DNA of 63,740 bases, filler included, from Ferroacidibacillus organovorans (GTDB taxonomy: Bacteria; Bacillota; Bacilli; Alicyclobacillales; SLC66), in NCBI RefSeq assembly GCF_001642725.1. It is 3 parts of 3 records of this genome, joined end to end, with 100 filler letters (N's around TTAATTAATTAA, not from the genome) between each part and the next. Parts side by side here need not be neighbours in the genome. Positions count along the whole stretch, not along the records: positions 1 to 24,063 come from NZ_LSUQ01000038.1; 2 more parts are not named here. One strand, given 5' to 3'. The translations under genes were made by a program, and so were the position numbers. Of this stretch, positions 10,044 through 20,418 are shown one piece after another. Below the pieces are notes generated by a model, which saw only the letters and a list, made by a program, of their open reading frames with translations, was not told the origin of the DNA and did no database searches. The stretch's first letter is position 1; every line of letters begins with the position of its first letter.

Positions 10044-11231
10044 TCAGGCGTTTGTTGTAGATCCTACAGCCGTAGACGTCGTAGTGGTTGCGTTTACGGT
10101 TGGATTCTTTGCTTTAAAGACATGATTAAGTACGTTCGGCAGCTTGGCGTCGATTTTCTGCCCAATCGTGGTCACTTGCGTAGCGGTCAGGTGGCCACTA
10201 GCCTCAGCCTTGGCGAGGCGCGCCGCGACGAGCGCCTGTGCGTCAGAGAGTAGGGTACTGCTTGATACGCCTTGTGCAGTCGCAATCTGATTGAGCGATT
10301 GGCCTGCGCGAAGGTCGGCGCGCAGCGTCTTTGCGGGCAGCTTCAAATCGCTGGCGAGCCCTTTAACGAGATCCATCGGGCTGCCTGCAAAGCCGTGACG
10401 ATGCGCCCCCGTCTTATGCGCGCCCGGTTTAAAGGTGTGGGCGAGCAGGGTGGGCAGCTTGGCGTCGATTTTCTGCCCAATCGCGGTCACTTGCGTAGCG
10501 GTCAGGTGGCCACTAGCCTCAGCCTTGGCGAGGCGCGCCGCGACGAGCGCCTGTGCGTCAGAGAGCAGGGTACTGTTTGATACGCCTTGTGCAGTCGCAA
10601 TCTGATTGAGCGATTGGCCTGCGCGCAGGTCGGCGCGCAGCGTCTTTGCGGGCAGCTTCAAATCGCTGGCGAGCCCTTTAACGAGATCCATCGGGCTGCC
10701 TGCAAAGCCGTGACGATGCGCCCCCGTCTTATGCGCGTCCGGTTTAAAGGTGTGGGCGAGCAGGGTGGGCAGCTTGGCGTCGATTTTCTGTTCAATCGCG
10801 GTCACTTGTGTAGCGATCAGGTGGCCACTAGCCTCAGCCTTGGCGAGGCGCGCCGCGACGAGCGCCTGTGCGTCAGAGAACAGGGTACTGTTTGATACGC
10901 CTTGTGCAGTCGCAATCTGATTGAGCGATTGGCCTGCGCGAAGGTCGGCGCGCAGCGTCTTTGCGGTGATGTGAAGATCTGCCGCCAACGCCTTTGCGTC
11001 AACACCTCCCATGAATCTGTGATGCCCATGCATGCCGTGATGTCCGTGCCGGGCGTTGCTTGATTTTGTCGCAGTCTGAGAGGATGCAGTAGGCTTTGTC
11101 GTAGCTTGGTTTGACGCAGTCGACGTCGTCGAGGTGGAATTGGTTGCGGCGAACGCGCCTGCTCCTCCGAAACCGGCCGACCCGAGAAGAGCGAGTGCTA
11201 TCATGCTGATCGTGAATTTCTTTGAAGTCAT
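10044..11231 (-). CDS. Secreted helical protein with three ~105-aa repeats and His-rich linkers
   Basis: Sec signal (…GAFA|A), S/T-rich ends, HGHHGMHGHH, and three repeats of LRADLRAGQSLNQIATAQGVS…LAKAEASGHLTATQV. Confidence 0.85.
   Translation of the reverse strand: MTSKKFTISMIALALLGSAGFGGAGAFAATNSTSTTSTASNQATTKPTASSQTATKSSNARHGHHGMHGHHRFMGGVDAKALAADLHITAKTLRADLRAGQSLNQIATAQGVSNSTLFSDAQALVAARLAKAEASGHLIATQVTAIEQKIDAKLPTLLAHTFKPDAHKTGAHRHGFAGSPMDLVKGLASDLKLPAKTLRADLRAGQSLNQIATAQGVSNSTLLSDAQALVAARLAKAEASGHLTATQVTAIGQKIDAKLPTLLAHTFKPGAHKTGAHRHGFAGSPMDLVKGLASDLKLPAKTLRADLRAGQSLNQIATAQGVSSSTLLSDAQALVAARLAKAEASGHLTATQVTTIGQKIDAKLPNVLNHVFKAKNPTVNATTTTSTAVGSTTNA
10138..10966. repeat. Near-identical 315-bp intragenic tandem repeats (~2.6 copies)
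   Basis: GGCAGCTTGGCGTCGATTTTCTG recurs at 10138, 10453 and 10768. Confidence 0.93.
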
Positions 11232-11300
11232 GCGAATTCCTCCTTGATTTCTCTTTGATAGGGTGGATTTGGACGGGGCCCCGTCCGCTTCACATGGATC

Positions 11301-11333
11301 ATTGTGACTTGTATCGCTTAAAATTCTCTTGAA
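11301..11333 (-). promoter_or_regulatory. CiaR-like direct-repeat box and -10 for the repeat-protein gene
   Basis: Minus strand TTCAAG-AGAAT-TTTAAG, then 10 bp, then CACAAT. Confidence 0.55.
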
Positions 11334-11459
11334 ATTTACGTTTACATATTTTCTTTACACTTTGCGCGGCGACCAAGACAAGCATTGTGAAATGATGAGA
11401 AACGTGGGACGATAGTTCCGTGATTTTAATCGGAATTCAATCATGAAGGGGTATGATTT

Positions 11460-12161
11460 GTGAGACTGCTATTAATCGAAGATGAAGTACGCCTCGCTAA
11501 AGCGTTGCAACAGACCTTTTCTGAGCATCACTACATTGTGGATCTCGCGCATGACGGCGCGGTAGGGCTAGATCTCGCACAAACCGACACGTATGACATC
11601 ATCCTCGTCGACGTGATGCTGCCCACCATGAGTGGCTATGAGGTTGTTCGGAGACTGCGGAAAACGGGTCACGCGACACCGATTCTCATGCTGACTGCGC
11701 GCGACGCCGTGGATGATCGGGTGGAAGGGCTTGACGCAGGGGCGGATGATTACCTCGTAAAGCCGTTTGCGACAAAGGAACTGTTGGCGCGCGTAAGGGC
11801 GCTGAGCAGGCGTAGTGGTGAAATGCTCGATGTGGAAGAAGTCTCTGTGGGCGCCATCTCTATCGATTCCGTTTCCCGCTCTGTCTATGTGTCAGGAGAA
11901 CCTTACAGCCTGACCGGAAAAGAGTTTCAACTCCTAGAGCTTTTTATGCGCAATCCGAATCAGGTGTTGCCAAAGGAATTGATTCTCGATCGCGTGTGGG
12001 GCGTCGAGGCACCGATGGATCGAAACGCCGTCGAGATTTACGTTCATTTTTTACGAAAAAAGTTGGACAGAGTTCGCACAGAACGGCAGATTGAACTGGC
12101 AGAGATGCCGGTCATTGAAACGGTGAGGGGGGTTGGCTACGCGTTACGCGGGGGGAAATAA
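11460..12161 (+). CDS. OmpR/PhoB-family response regulator (CiaR-like)
   Basis: LLIEDE, DVMLP, GADDYLVKPF, winged helix IETVRGVGY. Confidence 0.93.
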   Translation: MRLLLIEDEVRLAKALQQTFSEHHYIVDLAHDGAVGLDLAQTDTYDIILVDVMLPTMSGYEVVRRLRKTGHATPILMLTARDAVDDRVEGLDAGADDYLVKPFATKELLARVRALSRRSGEMLDVEEVSVGAISIDSVSRSVYVSGEPYSLTGKEFQLLELFMRNPNQVLPKELILDRVWGVEAPMDRNAVEIYVHFLRKKLDRVRTERQIELAEMPVIETVRGVGYALRGGK

Positions 12162-12162
12162 T

Positions 12163-13575
12163 CTGTTTCGCACGGCGCGCATCAAAGTTACTCTGCTTTT
12201 GGTCGCCCTCTTGGTGGGGCTGTACCTCATCATGGCAGGGGGCGTCTATGTCTGGGTTCGGCAATCGACGCTTGCGAGTCTCGACAATGTTGTGCGCTTT
12301 GAATCGTTCTCGCTTTTGTCGCGGGGGGCATTTGTACGCTTGCTCATTGCGAATGTGCCAGCCCTACAGGTTCCGATTGACCCGATATTGCCACCCTTCT
12401 TTTTTGGAGGAAACGGTTCATCGCAAAGTGGTCAGGGGCAACCGCCCTTTGCGCATAGTTTGTCGACGCGTTTGCGGGATATGCTCGATCCAAATTTTGC
12501 GATTGCCGTGTATAGTCCGACACAAAAGCTGCTCTACAGTGTAGGCACATCGATTGGCACGCCTCAGTTGTCTTTTGTGGCGTCAAAAGGACAGTCCTTT
12601 TTTACGACGCAGTGGACAGATCACGGAAAAATTTTGTTGCGCACCATGACGGTTGAGATTCGCAGGGGCGGCAATCTGCTCGGTTTCTTGAGCATCGGTT
12701 ATAATGCTACGCGGGAACTGACCGTTCTCTCACGCTTGATCCACATTCTACTTGTCGTCGGCATCGGCGGCGCGCTGCTCGCTTTGCTAGGGAGTTTTTA
12801 TGCGTCCGGTCGGGCGCTGTCGCCAATCGCGCGCTCTTGGGAGCGTCAACGGCAATTTGTCGGGGATGCATCCCATGAACTGCGAACGCCGCTCGCCGTG
12901 ATTCAATCAAACCTCGACATCGTCCTCACCCACGCGCACGAAGGTGTGATGGATAACCTTGAGTGGCTCAATAACGCAAAGGCTGAGGCGCGACGTTTGA
13001 CGCGTCTGACGGAAGATTTACTGACACTGGCGCGCGCCGATTCCACAATGACACCGCTTCGCAATGAGCGAGTGGATCTGCAAAAAATTGCCGAAGGCGT
13101 GCATGACGCGTATGCGATCTACGCAGAGAGCAAAGACATTCAGTTCCTACTCGAACGGTCTGCGGACGATGCGTATGTGACGGGCGATGCGGATCGACTG
13201 CATCAATTGTTTGTCATTCTTCTTGACAACGCGATCAAATATACGCAAGAGGGTGGGCGCGTCACTCTAAGAGAAGAAGTGACAAAGGGAACGATTGTGG
13301 TCACTGTAGAAGATTCGGGCATCGGCATTGACAAGAGCGAGCAAGGGCTCGTCTTTGAGCGGTTTTATCGGAGTGACGTGGCGCGCGAACGCGAGACGGG
13401 TGGATTGGGTCTAGGTCTCTCGATTGCCAAGTGGATCGTCGAAGCGCATCGTGGGCGCATCAGCGTAGAGAGCACGCTCGGTGTGGGCACGACGTTTCGT
13501 GTCACGTTACCGCGCGCGGCAGGCGTACACCAAGCGGTTGAACAATCGGATACTTCGAGGGTGGATTACAAGTGA
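12163..13575 (+). CDS. Membrane sensor histidine kinase (CiaH-like)
   Basis: Two TM segments, RQRQFVGDASHELRTPL H-box, LLDNAIKY, GGLGLGLSIA. Start probably CTG at 12163 (ORF track gives 12133). Confidence 0.9.
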   Translation: MFRTARIKVTLLLVALLVGLYLIMAGGVYVWVRQSTLASLDNVVRFESFSLLSRGAFVRLLIANVPALQVPIDPILPPFFFGGNGSSQSGQGQPPFAHSLSTRLRDMLDPNFAIAVYSPTQKLLYSVGTSIGTPQLSFVASKGQSFFTTQWTDHGKILLRTMTVEIRRGGNLLGFLSIGYNATRELTVLSRLIHILLVVGIGGALLALLGSFYASGRALSPIARSWERQRQFVGDASHELRTPLAVIQSNLDIVLTHAHEGVMDNLEWLNNAKAEARRLTRLTEDLLTLARADSTMTPLRNERVDLQKIAEGVHDAYAIYAESKDIQFLLERSADDAYVTGDADRLHQLFVILLDNAIKYTQEGGRVTLREEVTKGTIVVTVEDSGIGIDKSEQGLVFERFYRSDVARERETGGLGLGLSIAKWIVEAHRGRISVESTLGVGTTFRVTLPRAAGVHQAVEQSDTSRVDYK

Positions 13576-14954
13576 CGAATCGTCTGATAGTATGGTTACA
13601 GTTGGTTCTCATCGCACTCGGCATCGCTACGTTTTTCATGCGTAAATCGAAGAGATCTGCGCGAGGCGAAGATTTCTATCGCATGCGAGAAGAGATTTCG
13701 CAGGAAATTGCGAACGAGTTATCGAAACAGCGGGTAGAAGACGCGCAGCAGAGCGCCGTGTTTCGCCAGGAAATTTCCACCATCGGCTCAGAACTGAGAC
13801 AGACGGTTGAAGCGCTCTCGCAGCAGATGCAGCGAACGGTTCAAGCGGGGTATCAGCAGTTGGCGGAAGCGCTTGAGCGATCGTCTGCATCCGCTCGCCG
13901 GGAACTCGCAGAGCAGAGTGAACGTACGCTGCGCCAGACGGATGAGCGACTCGCGTCGCTGCAAGGCACGGTGGATGAAAAACTTCGCTTTTTGCAGCAG
14001 AGTAACGAGCAAAAGCTTGAGCAGATGCGCCAGACCGTGGATGAGAAGTTGCATGCAACGCTCGAAAGGCGCCTTGGCGAATCGTTTCGCTTGGTCTCAG
14101 AGCGACTTGAACAGGTGCATAAGGGGCTTGGCGACATGCAGACCCTCGCGCATGGGGTTGGCGATTTGAAGCGCATGATGCAAAGCGTGAAAGTCCGCGG
14201 TACGTGGGGGGAAGTCCAGCTTCAAGCCTTGCTTGAACACGTATTGACCGAAGGTCAGTATGCGCGAAATGTTCAGGTGACCGAAGGATCGGCGGAACGT
14301 GTCGATTTTGCAATTCGTCTTCCGGGTCGATCTTCCTCGGACGAGCCGGTATGGCTGCCGCTTGACAGCAAGTTTCCTCTGGAAGACTATCAACGCCTCG
14401 TCGAGGCGCAGGAGACGGCTGATCTTGCGCGGATGGAGGAAGCGGGCAAGGCGCTTGAGCGCCGCTTGCAGCAGGAGGCAGGATCCATCGCTGCAAAATA
14501 CATACACCCTCCTGCGACGACAGACTTTGCGTTACTCTTTTTGCCTACAGAAGGTCTCTATGCCGAGGCGATCAGGCGTCCTGGATTGGTCGAGCGTCTT
14601 CAGCGGGATCATCGCGTGGTCATAGCAGGGCCAACGACACTCGGCGCGCTGCTCAACAGTCTGCAGATGGGATTTCGGACGCTTGCGATCGAACAGCGGT
14701 CCACAGAAGTTTGGAAGACGCTTGGTTCAGTGAAAACGGAGTTTCAGAAATTCGGCTCCATTATCGAAAAGGTAAGGAAGAAAATGGACGCTGCGAGCAG
14801 TGAGTTTCACGGTGTGGAAGTTCGCACACGCGCGCTGCAGCGGGCGCTGCGCGCGGTTGAGGAGTTGCCTGTGACGGAGCACACCGCGCCGTCCGTTGAA
14901 CTTCAAGACCTCGTTGACGATGAGGACCACGGTTTGGTTTTTGATGAAGAGTGA
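13572..14954 (+). CDS. rmuC: DNA recombination protein RmuC
   Basis: N-terminal TM, coiled coil, RGTWGEVQL, RVDFAIRLP, LPLDSKFP, FALLFLPTEGLYAE. Confidence 0.93.
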   Translation: MTNRLIVWLQLVLIALGIATFFMRKSKRSARGEDFYRMREEISQEIANELSKQRVEDAQQSAVFRQEISTIGSELRQTVEALSQQMQRTVQAGYQQLAEALERSSASARRELAEQSERTLRQTDERLASLQGTVDEKLRFLQQSNEQKLEQMRQTVDEKLHATLERRLGESFRLVSERLEQVHKGLGDMQTLAHGVGDLKRMMQSVKVRGTWGEVQLQALLEHVLTEGQYARNVQVTEGSAERVDFAIRLPGRSSSDEPVWLPLDSKFPLEDYQRLVEAQETADLARMEEAGKALERRLQQEAGSIAAKYIHPPATTDFALLFLPTEGLYAEAIRRPGLVERLQRDHRVVIAGPTTLGALLNSLQMGFRTLAIEQRSTEVWKTLGSVKTEFQKFGSIIEKVRKKMDAASSEFHGVEVRTRALQRALRAVEELPVTEHTAPSVELQDLVDDEDHGLVFDEE

Positions 14955-15023
14955 ACTTTTTATGCGATCCACACTTGCCATGAATGAACGGTTGTAGAAT
15001 ACATCGGGTTGGAGGTTAACACT

Positions 15024-16628
15024 ATGAAATTTGATTCTCTCACATATCCGTTCGCATCGCGACGAAGCGTGGTCTACGCTGAAAAAGGCATGGTTGCAAC
15101 AGCTCAGCCGCTCGCGGCGCAGGCAGGCCTGCGCATTTTGATGCAGGGGGGCAACGCAGTCGATGCGGCAATTGCGACGGCCGCGTGTCTGACGGTTGTT
15201 GAACCGACTGCAAACGGAATTGGTGGTGACGCGTTTGCGATCATCTCGGTAAACGGAAAACTGCACGGTTTGAACGCGAGTGGATACGCTCCCAATGGCA
15301 TCTCACGTGAAGAGGTGCGCGCGCGCGGTTTTGAGAAGATGCCTCATCTCGGCGTCTTGCCGATCACGGTTCCCGGCGCACCCGCCGGATGGGTTGAGAT
15401 GTCGCGGCGCTTTGGCCGCTTGTCCCTTGAAGAAGTGCTTCAGCCGGCGATTGACTATGCGCAGAATGGCTATCCTCTCTCTCCAGGCGTCGCGCATGAC
15501 TGGTCACGCGCGGCAAAGTCGTATGGCGCGTCGAGCGACAAGGCGGTTGCGTCGTGGGGAGAGACGTTTGCGCGCGGTGGATTTCAAGCGAAGCCAGGTG
15601 AGCGCGCGTATCTGCCTGATCATGCGGCAACCCTTTTGAGCATCGCGAAAACGGCGGGGGAGAGCTTTTATCGCGGTGAACTCGCCGAAAAAATGGCGGC
15701 GTTTGTGCAAGCGCACGGCGGTTTCCTCACGCGTGATGATCTGGCGACGTACGCCCCAGAGTGGGTGGATCCGATTGGTGCGACGTATCGCGGTCACACC
15801 GTTTGGGAGATTCCTCCAAACGGGCAGGGCATTATCGCACAGATGGCGCTGCGCATCCTCGATTCGTTCCTCTTTGCGGAGTTTGGCTCAGCGCATACGG
15901 TTCACGTCCAGCTTGAAGCGATGAAGATGGCATTCTCGGAGGGACTCCGCGAGATCAGCGATCCGCGCGCGATGCGGGTGTCGATCGAATCGCTGCTGTC
16001 TGACGCGTTTGCCCAGTCGCGTGCCGCGCGCATTCGCGAGTATGCGCAAGATCCAGACCCCGTGACACCGCACCCAGGTGGGACGGTCTACCTCGCGACG
16101 GCGGACGGTGACGGCCAGATGGTCTCGATGATCCAAAGTAATTATATGGGTTTTGGTAGCGGTGTCGTCGTACCTGGTACGGGGATCTCCATGCAGAATC
16201 GCGGACACACGTTCTCCCTTGATGAATCTCACGTCAATCGCTTAGAGCCTGGCAAAAAAACGTACCACACGATCATTCCCGGATTCTTGACAAAAGGCGA
16301 TACGCCAATTGGGCCGTTTGGCGTCATGGGCGGATTTATGCAACCGCAAGGGCATGTTCAGGTGATCATGAACACGCTCGATTTCCACATGAATCCGCAG
16401 GCGGCGCTCGACGCGCCGCGCTGGCAGTGGACGGCGGGAAAGTCGGTTGACGTTGAACACACAATGCCGGCGCACGTGATCGAAGACTTGCTGCGGCGCG
16501 GGCACGACGTGCGCGTGCAACTCGCCGGTCGCAACTTTGGGCGCGGGCAGATCATCTGGCGTGACGAGCACGGTGTGTTTTGCGGCGGGACGGAGGCGCG
16601 TGCAGACGGCCAGATCGCGGCGTGGTAA
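15024..16628 (+). CDS. Gamma-glutamyltransferase family protein (YwrD-like)
   Basis: GGNAVDAAIA, EIPPNGQG, nucleophile GGTVYLATAD, GVMGGFMQPQGH. Confidence 0.92.
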   Translation: MKFDSLTYPFASRRSVVYAEKGMVATAQPLAAQAGLRILMQGGNAVDAAIATAACLTVVEPTANGIGGDAFAIISVNGKLHGLNASGYAPNGISREEVRARGFEKMPHLGVLPITVPGAPAGWVEMSRRFGRLSLEEVLQPAIDYAQNGYPLSPGVAHDWSRAAKSYGASSDKAVASWGETFARGGFQAKPGERAYLPDHAATLLSIAKTAGESFYRGELAEKMAAFVQAHGGFLTRDDLATYAPEWVDPIGATYRGHTVWEIPPNGQGIIAQMALRILDSFLFAEFGSAHTVHVQLEAMKMAFSEGLREISDPRAMRVSIESLLSDAFAQSRAARIREYAQDPDPVTPHPGGTVYLATADGDGQMVSMIQSNYMGFGSGVVVPGTGISMQNRGHTFSLDESHVNRLEPGKKTYHTIIPGFLTKGDTPIGPFGVMGGFMQPQGHVQVIMNTLDFHMNPQAALDAPRWQWTAGKSVDVEHTMPAHVIEDLLRRGHDVRVQLAGRNFGRGQIIWRDEHGVFCGGTEARADGQIAAW

Positions 16629-16687
16629 GTGCTTGATCGCGGCTTGATCGCGGTGCCGTGCTCGTTCAGATGACTTTGTCGGTCGTC

Positions 16688-17428
16688 CTAGTCAGCGGAA
16701 CTCTGGCTGCGTGCATACGTGCAGCAGGTTTTTAGCGGACATGCTGTGCAGAGCGGGCGGGATGCGCGGCACACCTGACTGCCCAATTGATCGATCAAGG
16801 CGTGGTAGCGATTGTAGAGAAGAACATCTGCTGGGAGACGCTCCATGAAGAAGGAACGCCACGCCTCATAGGTATCGCGCTCCGGCCCGATCGCGATACG
16901 TCTCATGATGCGCTTGGTGTAGCTGTCGATAACGAAGGAGGGCAGTTCTGCAGCGTAGAGAAGGATGTCGTCGGCGGTCTCCGGGCCGATTCCCGGGGCG
17001 CTGAGGAGATGCCTTCGCAATTCGATTGCGTCGCGTGCAAACAACCGATCGAGATCGTCGCCACACTGCGCCTCGATCCAGAAGGAAAACGCTTGCAAGC
17101 GAGCGGCTTTGCTTTGATAGAAGCGGGTCGCTCGTATGCATGCGGCGAGTTCGTCAAGCGGCGCCTCACGCAGTGCGCGGAATGTGAATCCGAACCGCTC
17201 GCGCACGAGATGGAGTGCAGTCACAGTATTTTTCCACGATACATTTTGAACGAGAATCGCCCCAATCATCATCTCTTCACGTGACGCGGCTGGCCACCAG
17301 TTTGGATCACCGTAATGAGCGAGGAGCTTGTGGTAGAGTTTGTGGAGCAGATCGCTTTGCGCGTTCGCGCTCACAGCGTGCGACGCGGCATGATCTGCGC
17401 ATGGTTGTAGTGATTCATGATAGGGCAT
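16688..17428 (-). CDS. HhH-GPD endonuclease III-related DNA glycosylase
   Basis: GAILVQNVSWKN, LLSAPGIGPETADDILLYA, FVIDSYTKR, C-x6-C-x2-C-x5-C FeS motif. Confidence 0.87.
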   Translation of the reverse strand: MPYHESLQPCADHAASHAVSANAQSDLLHKLYHKLLAHYGDPNWWPAASREEMMIGAILVQNVSWKNTVTALHLVRERFGFTFRALREAPLDELAACIRATRFYQSKAARLQAFSFWIEAQCGDDLDRLFARDAIELRRHLLSAPGIGPETADDILLYAAELPSFVIDSYTKRIMRRIAIGPERDTYEAWRSFFMERLPADVLLYNRYHALIDQLGSQVCRASRPLCTACPLKTCCTYARSQSSAD

Positions 17429-17557
17429 CGCCCACACCCCGCTTTCTCGAATGACAGAGTTTTGAGCAAAATTTCCTTTATCATCCACCAAAAGTTTTAA
17501 GGAATGTTTATAATAGTCTCATGGGCAGGCATCTTACTTTCGATTGAGGGGGTGCAC

Positions 17558-18337
17558 ATGATGACAGGTTCGGGTCTGGGTCCTAACAAGCGAGGCGTTA
17601 TGCCTTCTTTTGCAAGCGTAGAAGAGGAGCGTCGTCACCGCAAAGAGCGGTTGGCGGGCGCTTTTCGTTTATTCTCGCTCTTTGGATTTAATGAAGGTGT
17701 TGCAGGCCATATCACTGTGCGTGATCCTGAACATCGCGATCATTTTTGGGTCAATCCGTTCGGTATGCATTTTGGCCACCTCCGAGTTTCTGATCTTTTG
17801 CTCGTAAGTCATGACGGTCAGATCGTAGAAGGCAAAGGTGCGCTTAACGCTGCGGCGTTCGCCATTCACTCGCAGGTTCATCTGGCGCGACCTGACGTGA
17901 TCGCCGCAGCCCACGCGCACTCTGTCTATGGCAAAGCGTGGTCGAGTCTCGGACGTCTGCTCGATCCGATTACGCAAGACGCGTGCGCGTTTTATGAGGA
18001 TCACGTCCTCTTTGATGATTATACTGGCGTTGTGTACGATCTTGAAGAAGGAAAACGCATTAGCGCGACGCTTGGGACAACAAAAGCGGCAATTCTGCGC
18101 AATCACGGGTTGTTAACGGTGGGACAAAGCGTCGATGAAGCAGCTTGGTGGTTTATCACGATGGAGCGATCGTGTCAGGCGCAGTTGCTTGCAGAAGCGG
18201 TTGGTGAGCCAGTCTTGATCGATCCCACCTATGCAGCGCTCACCGCACAACAAGTGGGTTCTCATCAAGCAGGATGGTTCAGTTTTCAACCGCTGTGGGA
18301 CAAAATCTCCCGTGAGCAGCCTGATCTGTTCGAGTGA
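17558..18337 (+). CDS. Class II aldolase/adducin family protein
   Basis: GHITVRDPE, IHSQVHLARPDVIAAAHAHS, LRNHGLLTVG. Confidence 0.9.
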   Translation: MMTGSGLGPNKRGVMPSFASVEEERRHRKERLAGAFRLFSLFGFNEGVAGHITVRDPEHRDHFWVNPFGMHFGHLRVSDLLLVSHDGQIVEGKGALNAAAFAIHSQVHLARPDVIAAAHAHSVYGKAWSSLGRLLDPITQDACAFYEDHVLFDDYTGVVYDLEEGKRISATLGTTKAAILRNHGLLTVGQSVDEAAWWFITMERSCQAQLLAEAVGEPVLIDPTYAALTAQQVGSHQAGWFSFQPLWDKISREQPDLFE

Positions 18338-18352
18338 GCCAAGGAGTCGCCA

Positions 18353-19603
18353 ATGAATGCTGGCACGTCTGTCCTGTTAAATTTTTTGATCATTATCGTA
18401 TTGGTTTTTGTCGATTATTTCATGGTCCAATCCTTTTCACGCTTGCGCGAAAAGGAGACTACGGTGCGCACGATTCGCTCACTGGTGACGATCATGTTCT
18501 GCATTCTCGTCCCGATCTCGATGAAAGGGTCGCTCGACTACAATTTTGAACTTGTCCCGCTCCTGATCGGGTCGCTCTACTCAGGTGTCGAGGCGGCGGT
18601 GATACTCTTTGCGGCGACGCTCGGGATGGAGTGGATTTTGGATGGCGTCGCCCACGCAACCGGTTTTGCTGTGGCGGCAGTGGTACTCTTCCCGTTCGTC
18701 GCGGCACTTTCGGATTTTTATCTCAAACGGAGGTTGATTTGGCGAAACGTTCTTTTCATTGCGCTGTTGGCAGGCGCAACGACGCTACACGTTGCGATTC
18801 TCAGGCGAGTGACAGGGATTCGCGAAACGGATTACCTCTATCTGATGCTCTTAAACGTGGCAGTCGGCTGGGTCAATATGATGCTGGTGGAAATCTTTAG
18901 CGAACTCACGCGTATGAGAGAGCGTATCTTCGGCTATGAGAAATTGTCGTTTGCGCGCGAACTGGCCGCGGCATTCGCTCATGAGATTCGCAATCCGCTG
19001 ACTGTGGCCAAGGGGTTTGTTCAGCTTTTGCGAGAGACGCCTGTCCATCAGGAAAAACATCATGCGTATCTCACGTTGGTCGAAGAAGACTTGGCTCACG
19101 CTGAACAGATCATTAATGATTATCTGGTCTACGCCCGACCTGAACTGGCAAGTATGGAAGAAATCGAAGTTACGGCAGAGCTTCGCCACGTCTCGGATCT
19201 CATGTATTCCTATGGTGTGGGGCATGGCGTCAATGTGACAGTGTACCTCCATTGTCCGGAAACGTATATCATTGGCGATCGCGGAAAACTCTATCAGGCG
19301 CTGATTAACATCATGAAAAATGGCATTGAGGCCATGAGTGAGGGCGGTACGTTGACGGTGCGCCTTTCACGCTTAAACAGACAGCTTGCGATCGCCATTC
19401 AGGATCAGGGAGTGGGGATGACGGATGAGGAAGTAAAGCGGCTAGGCATTCCATTTTATTCAAACAAGGCGAACGGAACAGGACTCGGCATGATGGTATC
19501 CTACTCAATCATTGAAATGATGAAAGGGCAGGTACATGTGATGAGTGAAAAAGGTGTGGGTACCGTTTTTACCATTTTGTTTCCAATTGCGCGTGAAGGG
19601 TGA
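18353..19603 (+). CDS. Orphan multi-TM histidine kinase (sporulation KinB-like)
   Basis: About six TM helices, LAAAFAHEIRNPLTVAKGF, NIMKNGIEAM, GTGLGM. Confidence 0.85.
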   Translation: MNAGTSVLLNFLIIIVLVFVDYFMVQSFSRLREKETTVRTIRSLVTIMFCILVPISMKGSLDYNFELVPLLIGSLYSGVEAAVILFAATLGMEWILDGVAHATGFAVAAVVLFPFVAALSDFYLKRRLIWRNVLFIALLAGATTLHVAILRRVTGIRETDYLYLMLLNVAVGWVNMMLVEIFSELTRMRERIFGYEKLSFARELAAAFAHEIRNPLTVAKGFVQLLRETPVHQEKHHAYLTLVEEDLAHAEQIINDYLVYARPELASMEEIEVTAELRHVSDLMYSYGVGHGVNVTVYLHCPETYIIGDRGKLYQALINIMKNGIEAMSEGGTLTVRLSRLNRQLAIAIQDQGVGMTDEEVKRLGIPFYSNKANGTGLGMMVSYSIIEMMKGQVHVMSEKGVGTVFTILFPIAREG

Positions 19604-19607
19604 TGGC

Positions 19608-20396
19608 ATGGAAGAACTACAGGTTTCGCAGCTCGATGGTGTGCGCCTCATTACGCTGAATCGGCCGGAACGGTTGAATGCGTTGCACGAAGCGTTGGCT
19701 GAAGAGCTCGTAAAAACGCTGGACGAAGCATCCCGTGATGACCAGGTGCGCGTTGTCGTAGTAATAGGGACTGGAAGGGGATTTTGCGCGGGTCTCGATC
19801 TCACTTCGCATACGTTCGAAGAAAGGGGACAACGGTCTCGCTTTGAGCGGCTTGATCCGCTGGGCTTTGTAGGACGTCAGGCGCTCGCGGTGACAGCGTG
19901 TGACAAGCCGGTGATCGCGGCGATCAACGGGATTGCCGCCGGTGCGGGTCTCGCTCTCGCTCTCGCGTGCGATCTTCGCTACATGGCAGACGATGCCACG
20001 CTCACGACGGGATATATTCGGCGGGGGTTGTCGCCTGACGCGGGGGTGACGTACTTTTTACCGCGGCTGTGCGGGATGACGGATGCAACGGAGCTCATCA
20101 TGACCGGGCGCACGGTGACGGCGAATGAGGCGAATGGGCTGCGCATTGTAAATCGCGTGTTTGCGCGCGCGACGTTCCAGGAAGACGTCATGAAGATTGC
20201 GCACGAACTGGCGGCGGGTCCACCACTCGCCTTGACGCAGTCAAAGCGGTTGCTCGCAGGAACCTACGATCATTCTCTCGCGGATCAACTCAAACTGGAA
20301 TGGACAGCGATTCACGAATGTTTTGCGTCTGAAGATGTAAGAGAGGGTGTGCGCTCTTTTCTCGAAAAGCGTCCGCCACAGTTTACAGGAAATTAA
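19608..20396 (+). CDS. Enoyl-CoA hydratase/isomerase family protein
   Basis: ITLNRPERLNAL, FCAGLDL, KPVIAAINGIAAGAG, FLEKRPPQF. Confidence 0.9.
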   Translation: MEELQVSQLDGVRLITLNRPERLNALHEALAEELVKTLDEASRDDQVRVVVVIGTGRGFCAGLDLTSHTFEERGQRSRFERLDPLGFVGRQALAVTACDKPVIAAINGIAAGAGLALALACDLRYMADDATLTTGYIRRGLSPDAGVTYFLPRLCGMTDATELIMTGRTVTANEANGLRIVNRVFARATFQEDVMKIAHELAAGPPLALTQSKRLLAGTYDHSLADQLKLEWTAIHECFASEDVREGVRSFLEKRPPQFTGN

Positions 20397-20418
20397 TTTT
20401 TTAGCATGAGGTGAACGG

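Noticed and set aside
10138..10966. Long direct repeats considered as a CRISPR array or mobile repeat
   Set aside because: They are 315-bp coding repeats with no spacers and no cas genes.
13636..14496. Long antisense ORFs (286 aa here; also 55091-55864, 28048-28797, 22450-23172, 33028-33747)
   Set aside because: Shadow ORFs opposite well-conserved genes, with no motifs or RBS support.
16632..16655. CTTGATCGCGG duplicated after the ggt stop
   Set aside because: A two-copy 11-mer with no associated element; not informative.
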